From contig MU004230.1 in assembly GCA_010405405.1 (NCBI GenBank), positions 2,018,627 through 2,082,626 on the forward strand: a stretch of DNA of 64,000 bases. Direction: 5' to 3'. Of this stretch, positions 1-10,884 are shown piece by piece. The notes beneath the pieces are model-generated. The model was not told the origin of the DNA, did not search any database, and was given only the letters and a program-made list of their open reading frames with translations. The translations under genes were made by a program, and so were the position numbers. Position 1 is the first letter of the stretch. Each line of letters begins with the position of its first letter. Source of the stretch: Microthyrium microscopicum. Its lineage: Eukaryota.

Positions 1-1119
1 GGTCGAACTGCAGATACCCGTGTGAGAATTCCACGAGCACCGAAACAGCTGAATGTGCACGACTATCAATTCTTCGATCCTCGTCTTTCTGAAATATATG
101 AGAAGGAAACCGCATTCTACCGCAAGGAGAATAACATCAAGGCGCCGCTAGAAGAGGGCACCGAGGAAGATTTGGACGAGCGCACTGCTACTCAAGAGTC
201 TCAACAAGAAGAGATTGACAACGCCGTTCCACTCACTGAAGAGGAGCAGGCAGAAAAGGAGCAGTTGGAGACTCAAGGCTTCGAATTATGGAACAAGCGT
301 GACTTTCAACAGTTTGTCAACGGTAGCGCCAAATACGGCCGAGACAACTGGGAGGGCATTTCAAAAGAGGTCGACAGCAAAACTCCAGCCCAGATCAAAA
401 AGTATGCCGCAACCTTCTGGAAAAAGTACACCACCCTTGCCAACTACGAAAAGTATATTGCCATCATTGACGAGGGCGAAGAACGTACTCGCAAGATCAG
501 CAATCAGCAAAAGATGCTGCGCAAGAAACTAGGCATGTATCGTGTCCCTCTTCAGCAGATGAAACTCAATTACACCGTCTCAACTACGAACAAGAAGGTG
601 TATACCGAAGATGAAGATCGCTTCATTCTCATCATGCTTGACAAGTATGGCATCGATACTGATGGTATCTATGACAAGATTCGGGATGAAATCCGCGAGT
701 CGCCTGTCTTCCGCTTTGATTGGTTCTTTCTGAGCCGTACTGCCGTGGAGATCTCTCGTCGTTGCACCACTCTGCTCAACACTGTGGTCAAGGAGTTTGA
801 GACTTCGAGCTCGAATGGAAAGATTGCTGCCCCTGCTACCAATGGCAAACGCAAGGCGGTCGAGGAGCCGTCCGATGAGGAGGAGGAGCAGCCGGCCAAG
901 AAGAAGAGCAAAGGTGCTGCCAAGGTAAGTCCTGCATCATTTCAGTCTATGATAGTATATACTAACATGTTACAGAACAAAACTCTTGATGTGATTAAGG
1001 GTGGAAAAGGTAGCGGAAAGGGTAGTAAAGCTACATCAGCATCATCTTCACGAGCAGCCAGCGTCAGCTCTGCTGCGCCTACCAAAAAGTCTGCCAAGGG
1101 TCGAAAAAGCAAAGGCTAG
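1..1119 (+). CDS. ISW2: ISWI-family chromatin remodelling ATPase, C-terminal HAND-SANT-SLIDE part (5' truncated by window)
   Basis: RIPRAPKQ..HDYQFF, W(N)KRDFQQF..GSAKYGR, KKVYTEDEDRF and FRFDWFFLSRT motifs. Intron 925-975 (GTAAGT..ACTAAC..TACAG). Confidence 0.92.
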   Translation, partial: GRTADTRVRIPRAPKQLNVHDYQFFDPRLSEIYEKETAFYRKENNIKAPLEEGTEEDLDERTATQESQQEEIDNAVPLTEEEQAEKEQLETQGFELWNKRDFQQFVNGSAKYGRDNWEGISKEVDSKTPAQIKKYAATFWKKYTTLANYEKYIAIIDEGEERTRKISNQQKMLRKKLGMYRVPLQQMKLNYTVSTTNKKVYTEDEDRFILIMLDKYGIDTDGIYDKIRDEIRESPVFRFDWFFLSRTAVEISRRCTTLLNTVVKEFETSSSNGKIAAPATNGKRKAVEEPSDEEEEQPAKKKSKGAAKVSPASFQSMIVYTNMLQNKTLDVIKGGKGSGKGSKATSASSSRAASVSSAAPTKKSAKGRKSKG

Positions 1120-1570
1120 AGATGTGAAGGCTTGCGTTGCGAATATGAGACTCTTTTGAGGGCTTATTGTTCGACTACTACGATTGCATGTGCATGGCGT
1201 TCTTGGTTAGTCGGGGACTCCACAGAAGGCATGGTTATGGGACTTTATAGACACGGAAATGTAAAAGTAGCGAAAATGATCACTGAATCGAGTATATGTA
1301 TTAATCCAAGATTGATTGAAACTTGGCGCTTGAATCGACTATGCCTGGCTACAATAAGCCTAATAGAGTGTCCTGCCTGAAATTAGCTCTCTCTAAGAGA
1401 ATATGGAAAATGCAGAAAGCCAAGATGCAAAAGTGCTTCAGTAATCAAAATTCTCGATCATTATTTTATCAGCCCCGTCTTGAAACATTTGGAAATTGAT
1501 AAGATCATCATTCACACGTGAATTGGAAGGGAGAGTTCGCTGACCTTTTAATCAAGTCTCATAGCCCATG

Positions 1571-2695
1571 CTAATCAAGACTAATCTTCTTACCAGTCGC
1601 CTTGACCAAAGCGCCTGATGCTTTGGCTGGCTTTGGACCCATTGTTGCATGACGTCTGCCTGTCTCCCAGGAGTTACCGCCAACAGGTCTCTCTTTGTCG
1701 TCTCGCCGTTTCTCTCGCCGCCGTTCATGTGCAGATGTATCTTTCTTCTTCACGAACTCCACCTTAGCAGCACCCTCACCAGCATCTTGCTCTCCATCCT
1801 CGCGTTTAGTCCCTTGACCAAAACGGCGCTTATAACGCACCGACGCATCCTCAGCAAACTCGCACCGTAGTGTCCGGCCTTCTAGCTTATTGACCATCTT
1901 CCGTGTTTTAGACCTTGTTTTCGGGGCTTCGTCCTCGTCCTCATTCTCCACGCTAATCCACCCACGCACTGCCGCCGATGAAGCCTCAAGCTCAGCAAAT
2001 GTCACCCAGGCATACCCCTTGCATTTGCCCGAGTCTTCGAACGTCGCCATGTGCACATTGACCACCTCGCCACACTGGCCAAAGTGCGTCTCCAGATCAT
2101 CCTTCGTCGCATCGAAGCTAAGATTGCCTACAAAGATCCGCTTGCTCGGCGGCTTATCTGGACTGACAGGCTTGGCATCACCATCGGTTTTCTCCGGCCG
2201 ACCTTCAAAGCTAGTAGCTTTCTTGATCAGTACGCGACGACCCATGATGAGCTGCTCGGACAGTGCAATGGCCGCGAGCATGGCCTCTTCGGTGGTGAAA
2301 TCAAGGTAAGCAAAGCCCTTGTTTTTGGGCTTATTAGGAGTCTTGTTGGAGGCAGAGGGCGCGGGCATGTGTACGCGGGTGATGTGTTCGTCTTCAATGG
2401 CGGCATCTTTGCAGAAAAAGGTGCGCAGGTCCGCTTTGGCTACTGTCCATGGCAAATTGCCGACCCAAACGCCCCATTGACTGCGCGTTGCGTCTTTGCT
2501 GGGCTCTTGCTTGGAAGCAGTCTGGTCGAGGGTTGATTCGGGGTTGTCTTTGACTTTTTTGGCTTTGCGAGCCGCCTTTTTGGAGAGGGGTTCGGGGAGG
2601 TCGAGATCGATTTCGAGTTCGTTTTCGCCTTCATCTTCGACATCTTCGGCTTTGCGCTTGCGCTTGAGCTTTAGGGAATCGTCGGGGACTGTCAT
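1571..2695 (-). CDS. Nucleolar two-RRM RNA-binding protein (Nop13/Rnp24-like)
   Basis: RNP2/RNP1 pairs VWVGNL..KGFAYLDF and IFVGNL..KGYAWVTF, plus TFEDSGKCKG and lysine-rich ends. ATG taken at 2695. Confidence 0.85.
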   Translation of the reverse strand: MTVPDDSLKLKRKRKAEDVEDEGENELEIDLDLPEPLSKKAARKAKKVKDNPESTLDQTASKQEPSKDATRSQWGVWVGNLPWTVAKADLRTFFCKDAAIEDEHITRVHMPAPSASNKTPNKPKNKGFAYLDFTTEEAMLAAIALSEQLIMGRRVLIKKATSFEGRPEKTDGDAKPVSPDKPPSKRIFVGNLSFDATKDDLETHFGQCGEVVNVHMATFEDSGKCKGYAWVTFAELEASSAAVRGWISVENEDEDEAPKTRSKTRKMVNKLEGRTLRCEFAEDASVRYKRRFGQGTKREDGEQDAGEGAAKVEFVKKKDTSAHERRREKRRDDKERPVGGNSWETGRRHATMGPKPAKASGALVKATGKKISLD

Positions 2696-3868
2696 GACGG
2701 GCAGTGTTGGGTGGACGGACAAAGGATGGCTGGGCTGGAAATTTTGGAAGTTGCGCAAAATCAAAGCCAAAAAAAAATGTGAGGGGAGTTTGAGAAAGCA
2801 GCCAATTAGCGTAGATATAACGCTAGCAAACTATGAATATGATTGGCCAAATGGTCAAGAAAAATCATCGATTTTCATTGGTCGACTTTATGTGCAATGG
2901 TGATAATATCAGATAATTTCGAATTCAATTATCATGGTATTGGACAACATAATGCGGATAGGGCTCCAAGAATAGTGTTGAGAGGAAAGTGATTTTTCTT
3001 CTATTCATAATAATAACTGTCAAATACACCCAAGTATTCAGAGGCCCTGCGCAAAACATTCCTGAAGGTTGAGGTGTAATACTTCATTGCTCCGCCGATA
3101 ATCTGTTCCATTTACTTGATTGACAAAGATCCAGGTTTTGGTTATGGTATACGTCGTATCATATTAAATTCGCTCTTTTCTTTAGCAATTTTCATGTGTA
3201 GGCTTTGAAGAAGTTTTTCGTTCTTTATTCTGCTAAATGAAGGTACAAAAGTTGAAGATGGACTCTTCAAATCAAGAACAAGTGTGTGAGAACATCCTTG
3301 TTCAGTTCAAGTTCATATGCTTGGTATATTTCGGCGAACTGTGATTCAGCTCGATAAATACAACTCGAGCCCCCGTACGTCCATAATACAATCGTGGCGG
3401 AACAGAAGCCGCTGGGCTGTTCGTTCTGATACACTTTCTATCCATCTAGAAAGTGGTTGTAGCATGAAGTTTGTGTTTGCTAATCCCCTGGTTATCGAAG
3501 TTATTGGGATAAGTACTTAAGTAGTTAATTTTGTATCAGCTACCTCTTAAATGCCAGTATTGCCTTAACGTGCCAGGACCAGATGCATTGTCTAATCGAC
3601 GAAGGGCTTATTCGACCATAGGATGCTCTGGGTGCTGGAACGTCTCTGAGTAAGCTTGTAGAATCGGAGCACCAATTGCTTTATCTGAGACCAATGAAGG
3701 TTTTTATGGCTGGACACTCGTGTATCTGCCTCGTATTACTTCTTAGCATGGAAAAGAGCCAAGAACAAAGGGCACTCTCGTACCCACTATAAGGGACTTG
3801 TATAGTAAATCCCTATTATCTACCAATGAGTAACTGATTCTTTGTTGTGTGGACCTTCAATAAGATTT

Positions 3869-4151
3869 CATTCTCCAGCCTTCCTATAGTTAGGAATTCA
3901 ATGCTAGCCCCCGGAGCAACTAGTTGCTTTGTTAGGTTTCTTTGTGCTGGTGGAATGTTGCACGCTCTTTGTTCAGGAATGGACCAGCCACTACCCTCTT
4001 TATACTGTAGAACAACTGTTTATGTGCGATTGGTTCTTTGTACGAAGCTCTCTGGCTTCTGAGGCACACATTCCAAGAAATACACCGTGGCTGGTATACT
4101 TTCTCTGACTTCTGAGGCCGTATATATTTCTCCTGCAGACTGGCCTGAGGC
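3869..4151 (+). promoter_or_regulatory. wetA proximal promoter: four CATTCY (TEA/AbaA-type) sites, a 17-nt direct repeat and a TATA-like element
   Basis: CATTCT 3869, GGAATG 3952 and 3976, CATTCC 4069. TCTCTGRCTTCTGAGGC at 4049 and 4102. TATATAT at 4121. Confidence 0.45.
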
Positions 4152-4325
4152 TTTTCCTCCCATCAAACTGAAAGCATACATTGTACTTGTCTAAGAATTG
4201 TCTTCAAGATATTCTTTCGCAAACAAACTACTCCGCAAGCCCAGACTCTTCACTCTTCCTTGTGTTTGTTGGTGGCTCGAGTCATTACGACTTCGCAACC
4301 AATCACTCTCAACACCTTCTCTACA

Positions 4326-6035
4326 ATGGCTTTCTTTCCACAACCCCTTCCACTTCGTCCCTTCCAAAAAGCTTTGACTTTGGACGAGAACTTCGACGAC
4401 ATTTTCAATGACTTTATCAATTCTGAATCCATCGACATTCCCTTGACGAATGACGCTCATTCGGGGAACACTCCTCATCACCTCAATAAGCCCGAGCCAA
4501 CCAAACCCAATCAACACTTGGCTGATACCTCCATAATACTTTCAAATAATGTTTTCGATGATGCGGCCATCGAATCAAAACTCTGGAAGGCACTTCAACA
4601 TTTTGCCGACGAGGACAACGAGGCCGCCTTGTCTTCGCCCTCAAAAGCTTTTCGGCCTAATGAACGACCACCGGTTGCTGAGGCTGATGTCCACAGCCTC
4701 GCGCCTTACCAACCCGATCTCTCTGAAATATCATCTCATGCCCCGCTTGATGATTTTCTTCCATCTCCTCCTCAATCTCCACATACATCACCATCACTCC
4801 CTCTGTCACATCAATTTGGTTCTCTCGCAATTCGACGAAGAAACCAAACTCCACCATCAAAAACAACCTCGAGAATACAAAAGTCCCCACGGACGCCAGG
4901 CTATTCACCCAAAATGAAGACCCAAAGCAATAGATCTGCGGAATGGGGCAGAAGAATGGCAGGTACTGATCCAATGCACATGAATTTTCAGCACATGGGC
5001 GGGGACCAAATGATCTCACCTCCTTCATCAGCATCTTACAAACAAGAACAATTCTCCGACGCTTTGGAGCTCGACTCCACAAGACAACAGCTGGTATCGC
5101 CTCTTCCCACTGGTTACGGCGGGCACCCAAATACACCCGTGTCTATGCCCTTTTTTGACGAACGATCCACATCAGGATCATCTTTGAGTTCAAACGAAGC
5201 ATCAAACTATGCCGTCTCAGCTATGCCATCGGGAATGCTCAACTCGTCCACTTCTCCGCAAATTGCCCGTCTCATGACAGCCGAAAGTGGGTTTCAGGCT
5301 GACGACGAATGGTGGAGTACAGACAGCAGTGCAGAAATACCACAAAACGGGCCTCACAATATGGCAGACAAGTCTGGCCTAGGAATTCTCGGCCTTTCAA
5401 ACAGCAATCCAGCCTGTTTACCGATGGCCCAGCCCATCGGCCCCTCTCACCAAGCCTCCCGACCGATGCCAATCGGCTCGCGACCCACGCCAAATACCAT
5501 TGCCCCGGCATCCCTCATGGTAAATGGCTCTGACCGAGCACCACCTTCCGCCTATTCAGCGTCAGCCTCGTCGTCTGCACTTCCCTATTGCGCTCCTCTA
5601 CCAATATACGAACCAGCCCGGTGGCCCACCCAACTCCATAATGGTAGCCCATATGCTCCCTATCCCAATAACCGCCTTGCCCAGCAGCAATTTCCACGCG
5701 CTATGCTCAGGCAGCAATCGCGCTCACCTCAGCCAATGCATCGTCGAAACAAATCAACCTCGCAATTGCGACGAAGAAGCCAAGGTGCACCGGCCAAGAG
5801 CCCACGCCATGCGAGTATGGGATTTGTCAATTTCACACCCAGCGACAGTGCCAAAATCCTCACTGGCGTTGCGCCGAGTGGAAGCTCCAAGACCAAGGCC
5901 AGGAGAGAAAAGGAAGCAGCAGACAAGCGACGAAAGCAGCTCGAAGTCGCAACCAAGGCAGTCGAGCGAGCAGGCGGAGATGTCACAATGTTTGTGCGAG
6001 AAACACTGATGGCTGGGGCGATGGAGGGCGTATGA
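4326..6035 (+). CDS. wetA: Developmental regulator WetA
   Basis: C-terminal GFVNFTPSDSAKILTGVAPSGSSKTKARREKEA is the WetA/ESC1 domain; the rest is S/P-rich low complexity. ATG 4326. Confidence 0.9.
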   Translation: MAFFPQPLPLRPFQKALTLDENFDDIFNDFINSESIDIPLTNDAHSGNTPHHLNKPEPTKPNQHLADTSIILSNNVFDDAAIESKLWKALQHFADEDNEAALSSPSKAFRPNERPPVAEADVHSLAPYQPDLSEISSHAPLDDFLPSPPQSPHTSPSLPLSHQFGSLAIRRRNQTPPSKTTSRIQKSPRTPGYSPKMKTQSNRSAEWGRRMAGTDPMHMNFQHMGGDQMISPPSSASYKQEQFSDALELDSTRQQLVSPLPTGYGGHPNTPVSMPFFDERSTSGSSLSSNEASNYAVSAMPSGMLNSSTSPQIARLMTAESGFQADDEWWSTDSSAEIPQNGPHNMADKSGLGILGLSNSNPACLPMAQPIGPSHQASRPMPIGSRPTPNTIAPASLMVNGSDRAPPSAYSASASSSALPYCAPLPIYEPARWPTQLHNGSPYAPYPNNRLAQQQFPRAMLRQQSRSPQPMHRRNKSTSQLRRRSQGAPAKSPRHASMGFVNFTPSDSAKILTGVAPSGSSKTKARREKEAADKRRKQLEVATKAVERAGGDVTMFVRETLMAGAMEGV

Positions 6036-6694
6036 GAAAGATGCATGTACATGGGGCATGGGGTGGTAGCACTGATTTGTGTTATTCGCACTTAGTTTTC
6101 GCTTCTCCACTGGTCGATAAAATTTAATGACTTTTTACCTTTTGAATCTGCCTTTTCTTGTCCTTATTTCCAGTGATGAATGGTGGAGTTTGAGCCGCTT
6201 CGCTCTCGCCAAATCTTATATGTGTTGTCGATTGGTTCAGATATGAGGCTGAGTTGTGGGCTCTTGTCTAGTAAAATTAGCTACATGATTTAGTGCGACT
6301 CCTTCCGGTCAGAAATGCTATAGGCCAGAACATAGATGGCTCGACTTGGGTCAGAAATTACACCTTGCAACGCGTCAACTGACAAGATAAGTATGCATAC
6401 TAGGTTGATATCTGATGGCCTCGATCGGCAATCATGCCCAAAAGAGTCTATAGCGTTGATAGAAACTTTGTGGATGAGTTGTGATGTTCAGCCTGATGGA
6501 TGGAGGTTAGATCAAAGATCAGATCTCGAGAATGGCGATGAGAGCCGCGCGCCTCATGTCGCTTATGGTAACCAATCATGCTAACACCCCGAACAAGCCC
6601 CTGGCCACGCGAAGCTTTACAAAGTCCCAATTGTAAAAGTGTCAATCTCACCTCCTTTGCACTCAACTAATTCCCACAATCTCCCATACACAAA

Positions 6695-7523
6695 ATGTCG
6701 AATCTCATACGGCTTTGCAGCTTTCTGCTACTCCTACTTGCCATTCCTCTCGCATCAGCCCTCAAACTAGACGTTGTTGCGCACCAAGGATGGGAATCCA
6801 AATCCAAGGAGCGATGCATCCGTAACTTTGTTGCAAAAGATCAACTCGTTGTTGTCACAGCCATCATTGATGGTGCGCGAGGGGACGGACAGCAACTTAA
6901 CATGCATGTATGTTTGCGTCATTGGAACTTTCATCGCGAACACAACTGTTTACTAACTGGCGATAGATTCGCGACGCTGTTGGCAACGACTATCATAAGC
7001 CCAAGGATGTAGTTGGCGAGAACCGATACGCTTTCACATCACACTCCGACTCTGCATTTGATGTTTGCTTCGAAAACTTGATAGTCGGTAGTACGTTCGA
7101 GATTATCCCTCTTCCCATGTTTTTGCTAACAATGGTAGCAGCATCACACCACGGTACACCACCTTCGCGACACGTCGAACTCGATGTAGATATTGGCGCA
7201 GACGCCAAGGACTGGTCCGCGATACAAGCAGATGAGAAACTGAAGCCCGTAGAGAGTGAACTGCGAAGAATGGAAGAGATTGTTGCCGAGATTGTTTCAG
7301 AGATGGACTACCTCCGCGGCCGCGAAATGAAGCTCAGAGATACCAACGAGAGCACCAATGAACGTGTCAAGTGGTTTGCCATTGGCACCATGAGCATTCT
7401 GATGGCACTGGGCGCCTGGCAGATTGTCTACCTTCGCGCATACTTCAGGTTTGTTCCTTCCTTTCCCTTATGCCTACAAAGTAGTCAAGCTAACCAAACA
7501 CCAGATCCAAGCATCTTATATAA
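6695..7523 (+). CDS. ERV25: p24/emp24/gp25L family ER vesicle protein (delta subfamily)
   Basis: Signal peptide, [33 protein letters not shown] and C-terminal YLRAYFRSKHLI after splicing introns 6908-6966, 7091-7138 and 7449-7504. Confidence 0.92.
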
Positions 7524-7842
7524 GCGTCGCCTTTGTCGTTATCTACGTGTAAACAATGTTTTAGCGGGTTGGCTAGAGAGGGTTTCGCCAATGGCATGAC
7601 TGGCGTTACGGGGATCGAACTAATGCCAATAACTGCATAATACTCCTTCGCATGCACAGCAAATACGTGTGAAAGGAGACTGTACTATCACAAATTTTAC
7701 TTCTCTGTCATCTTTTACCCTGTTTCGACCTATTGTGCTTGCGACTTTTTGCGAGCACAAGGAGTCCGGGATCGCATATCTTCCGAGACAATATTCCGGT
7801 GTTCAACTATATCTATATCGTCTGTGTTGGCTAATACACACA

Positions 7843-8969
7843 CTATAGAAGATCAAGTACAGCTTTTTTATCTTCCTTCGACGTTGATTTCCATATCTTG
7901 TTCTCCATAAAGTTAGACCGAGAGAAGAAGCCCCTGTCCAAAACCTCTATCAAGTCATCCAGCTGTCTGATGACAAAGTCGGTGTTTTCATGATCAGCCA
8001 AATGAGCATTCACATCATTAACCAACAGGACCGTTGCACTTCCTGCCGCTCGACCGGCTGCCATGTCGTCGATAGAGTCTCCTACCATGATCAGGTTCTC
8101 AGCCGATGCAAGGTCCCACTGCTTTGCTATGTGCAAAATTCCAGCTGGGCTTGGCTTTGGAGGTCGAAACTCTCTTGTTATGATGGGATGAAACTTGTGC
8201 TCTGGAAGAAACTTCTCTAGAAGATGATTTACTGGCATACTGTAATCGTTAGCAACTTAGCATCGCTAAGGATTGGAGCTATCTTGACTTACTCAAAGTT
8301 CCGTGTGCAAATGCCCATTTTCATATTCTTTGTTGTCAGATAGGTCATTAGCGTTACCAGTCCAGGCTGTGGCTTTTGCGATGTCATGGCTGTTCTTTCG
8401 ATTTTTCTGATTGATTCCATAGCATCTTCTTGCTTTGCAGCTGGCAGGGCGTATATGTGGTCTAGGATGTCGGTTGGCTTTGTGATACCCAAGGCCTCCC
8501 TAAAGTCGAATCGTCAGGACGCCAGTCACTGCAAATTTTCTTGCGACCCCGTTATTCTATCTTACCTCATTTCAGCAAACATATAATTTTGTGGTTCGCC
8601 TACAATTATGTGTTAGTGGTTTTTCCAAGGAGCGCCCCAATTGACCGCTTATTCGAGCACGGAAGAGGTGTTGAGCTCCAATAACAAATGTCATCCAAGA
8701 AGCATGGATTCGAACAGCTCAACTCCTCGCTAGCCTCAAGGAATTGGTTAGGATAATGGAATGCATCAAAACTTACACAAAGTGCCATCCACATCAAATA
8801 CAATGCCGGCCAGCTTTGGTGCTCCACTATCTTCGACATCTCCATCCTTGAGAGGCGCGAACCTTCTCGGCCTTTTGCTCATTGCAGCTAGAATTGATGC
8901 TCGACTTGAAAAACTCCGATTGAAAAGGTTTGAATTGCTAGCAAGTTTAGATTTCGAAGCCAGGAACAT
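7843..8969 (-). CDS. HAD-superfamily hydrolase (YOR131C-like), possible mitochondrial presequence
   Basis: Motif I FDVDGTL|CEPQ across intron 8600-8776, then CTRN, KPSPAG and MVGDSIDD. Three introns. Start could be 8969 or the downstream MSKRPRR ATG. Confidence 0.85.
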
Positions 8970-9252
8970 GTCTTGTGCTAGGTGTGGCCCAAATGCGGAA
9001 CACTACAGGATGCATGACATGCATCAAAAAGCACGCCAAGAGATTTTCAACTTCTCTGAGATAAATTCCATAATGAACAGGAAATTTTATGCTATTACCA
9101 GATTCAAATTCTGAAAACAATCACGAACCTTCTCTTTGGACACGCCAATAGAATTATCAAAATCGTACAAACAGGGAAAGAAGGACATCAGATTGTGCTG
9201 TTCATAGGATAATCATTACTATTAATTTCGAGCTGTTGATATATATCACTAA

Positions 9253-10884
9253 TCAGATCGTGTACCTAAAGCCATCTGCACCCTCGATCACCTTTTCTCC
9301 TCTTTCTTGCTTCTTGTTTTGAAAGTGGAAGTATACGCTTAGTACACCAACAATGAGAATGACAATCAACTGGCTGGCAATGCATGCGTAAAGGCCTGGA
9401 TGGTATGCCGGTGCGTCTTGACTGCGGAAGACAAGCGAACCGATGATACCTCCAATACCGCCGAATCCGACAAGAGTCGCAGAGCAGAAGGCACGCTTCC
9501 AGTGACCACGAATGTTGTTGGCCTATCGGTTTGTTAGATCAAGAGCTTGGAAACGCTGATGTGTAGACTTACTTGATAGGTCAGAACAGCCGGAATGTTC
9601 GCGTTGGCGCCCATGGTGGTCAAAAAGACGGCAAAGTAGCGAACACTTGACGATTTGGCCCAGCCCATAACTGGAAGACCGATAAGGCACAGAACCGCAT
9701 TGAATGCGATCAAAGGACCTCGGATCCGCCATCTATCACCAACATAGCCGCTGGCATACATCAAAATACCCGCAGCGGCATATGGTGGTGCAGTAAGGCA
9801 CTGAGTAACTCCAACGGAATAGCCGAGTCCACGGTTGAGAATGATGGGTAGGAAATATGCTAGAGCATAGCTGACTGTGGTCGTCATACCGAAGATCATT
9901 GCGAAGCCCCAAATCTTCCAGTCGAGTGCTGGACCAAGAAACTTCTTCAGTGCCCACTTCTCGGTAACAGCGTCAGATCGATCTGCGTTAACTCGGGCAA
10001 GAACGAATTGCGTTTCTCGGGCGGTCAGGAATCCCCAATTTCGGCGGTTGCTGTCGGGGAAATCTACAATGAATATGTAGGTGTAGACGCCGACTAGGCA
10101 ACTGAGAACACCCTGACTGCGTCAGTATCGATAGAATGTGTCGTGGTGCTTAGTTACTAACCTCTATAATAAAGATCCAGCTCCATCCACCAAGGCCTTG
10201 TAGTCCTGCCATTTGCATGATGCCGAACGCCATGATACCAGAGACAGCAGACGCCAGGGAGCCGATAATGTAAAAGACTGAGTATCTCTTCTGGACTTCA
10301 TACCGCACATACCAAGTTGAGAGAAGATATACCGATCCAGGAAAGAAACCAGCTTCAAGAATACCCAAAACTACTCGAAGTGCAGCCATACTTTGCCAGT
10401 TCTTGATGAAGCCCATTCCAATCATAATTACGCCCCACGAGAAGACTATGGTCGACAAAAACACTCGAGGACCAATTTTCTTGATGAGGATGGTTGATGG
10501 GAACTGAAAGACGATGTATGTGCAAAAGAAGACCAGCGTAATGATTGAGTACCGCTCACCTATTTCGAGGCCAAGAGCTTTTGACATGCTAATGTTCGTC
10601 AGATTTTAAGTTCAACTTCATGTAAGGAGAACTTACCCAGCAATGTTGGCAGCCGACAGATTGGTACGATCCATTAGACTGACGCAGTACGCTAAACCGA
10701 CAGTGAAAACGAGACGTCTGTCGATACGATGCATAATTTTGCTCTCCTCCTCCTTCGTGAACTCTGAAAGTATCGCATCATCGGGTCCAAAATCGCTATC
10801 TGCGCTCTTCTGTTTAGAGCTCAACTCCCCGTCATAAGCATTGATATGCTTCTCTGCCAAAGCGCGATCCAACCCGGCGTCCAT
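9253..10884 (-). CDS. MFS transporter, anion:cation symporter (allantoate/nicotinate/phthalate permease-like) family
   Basis: RIDRRL..SLMDRTNL, LGILEAGFFPG..LSTWY, GWSWIFIIEG and C-terminal FRYTI. Three coding introns. Substrate not assignable. Confidence 0.88.

Noticed and set aside
6173..6252. GTGATGA..CTGA as a C/D snoRNA
   Set aside because: It lies in the wetA 3' UTR with no recognisable guide or host intron.
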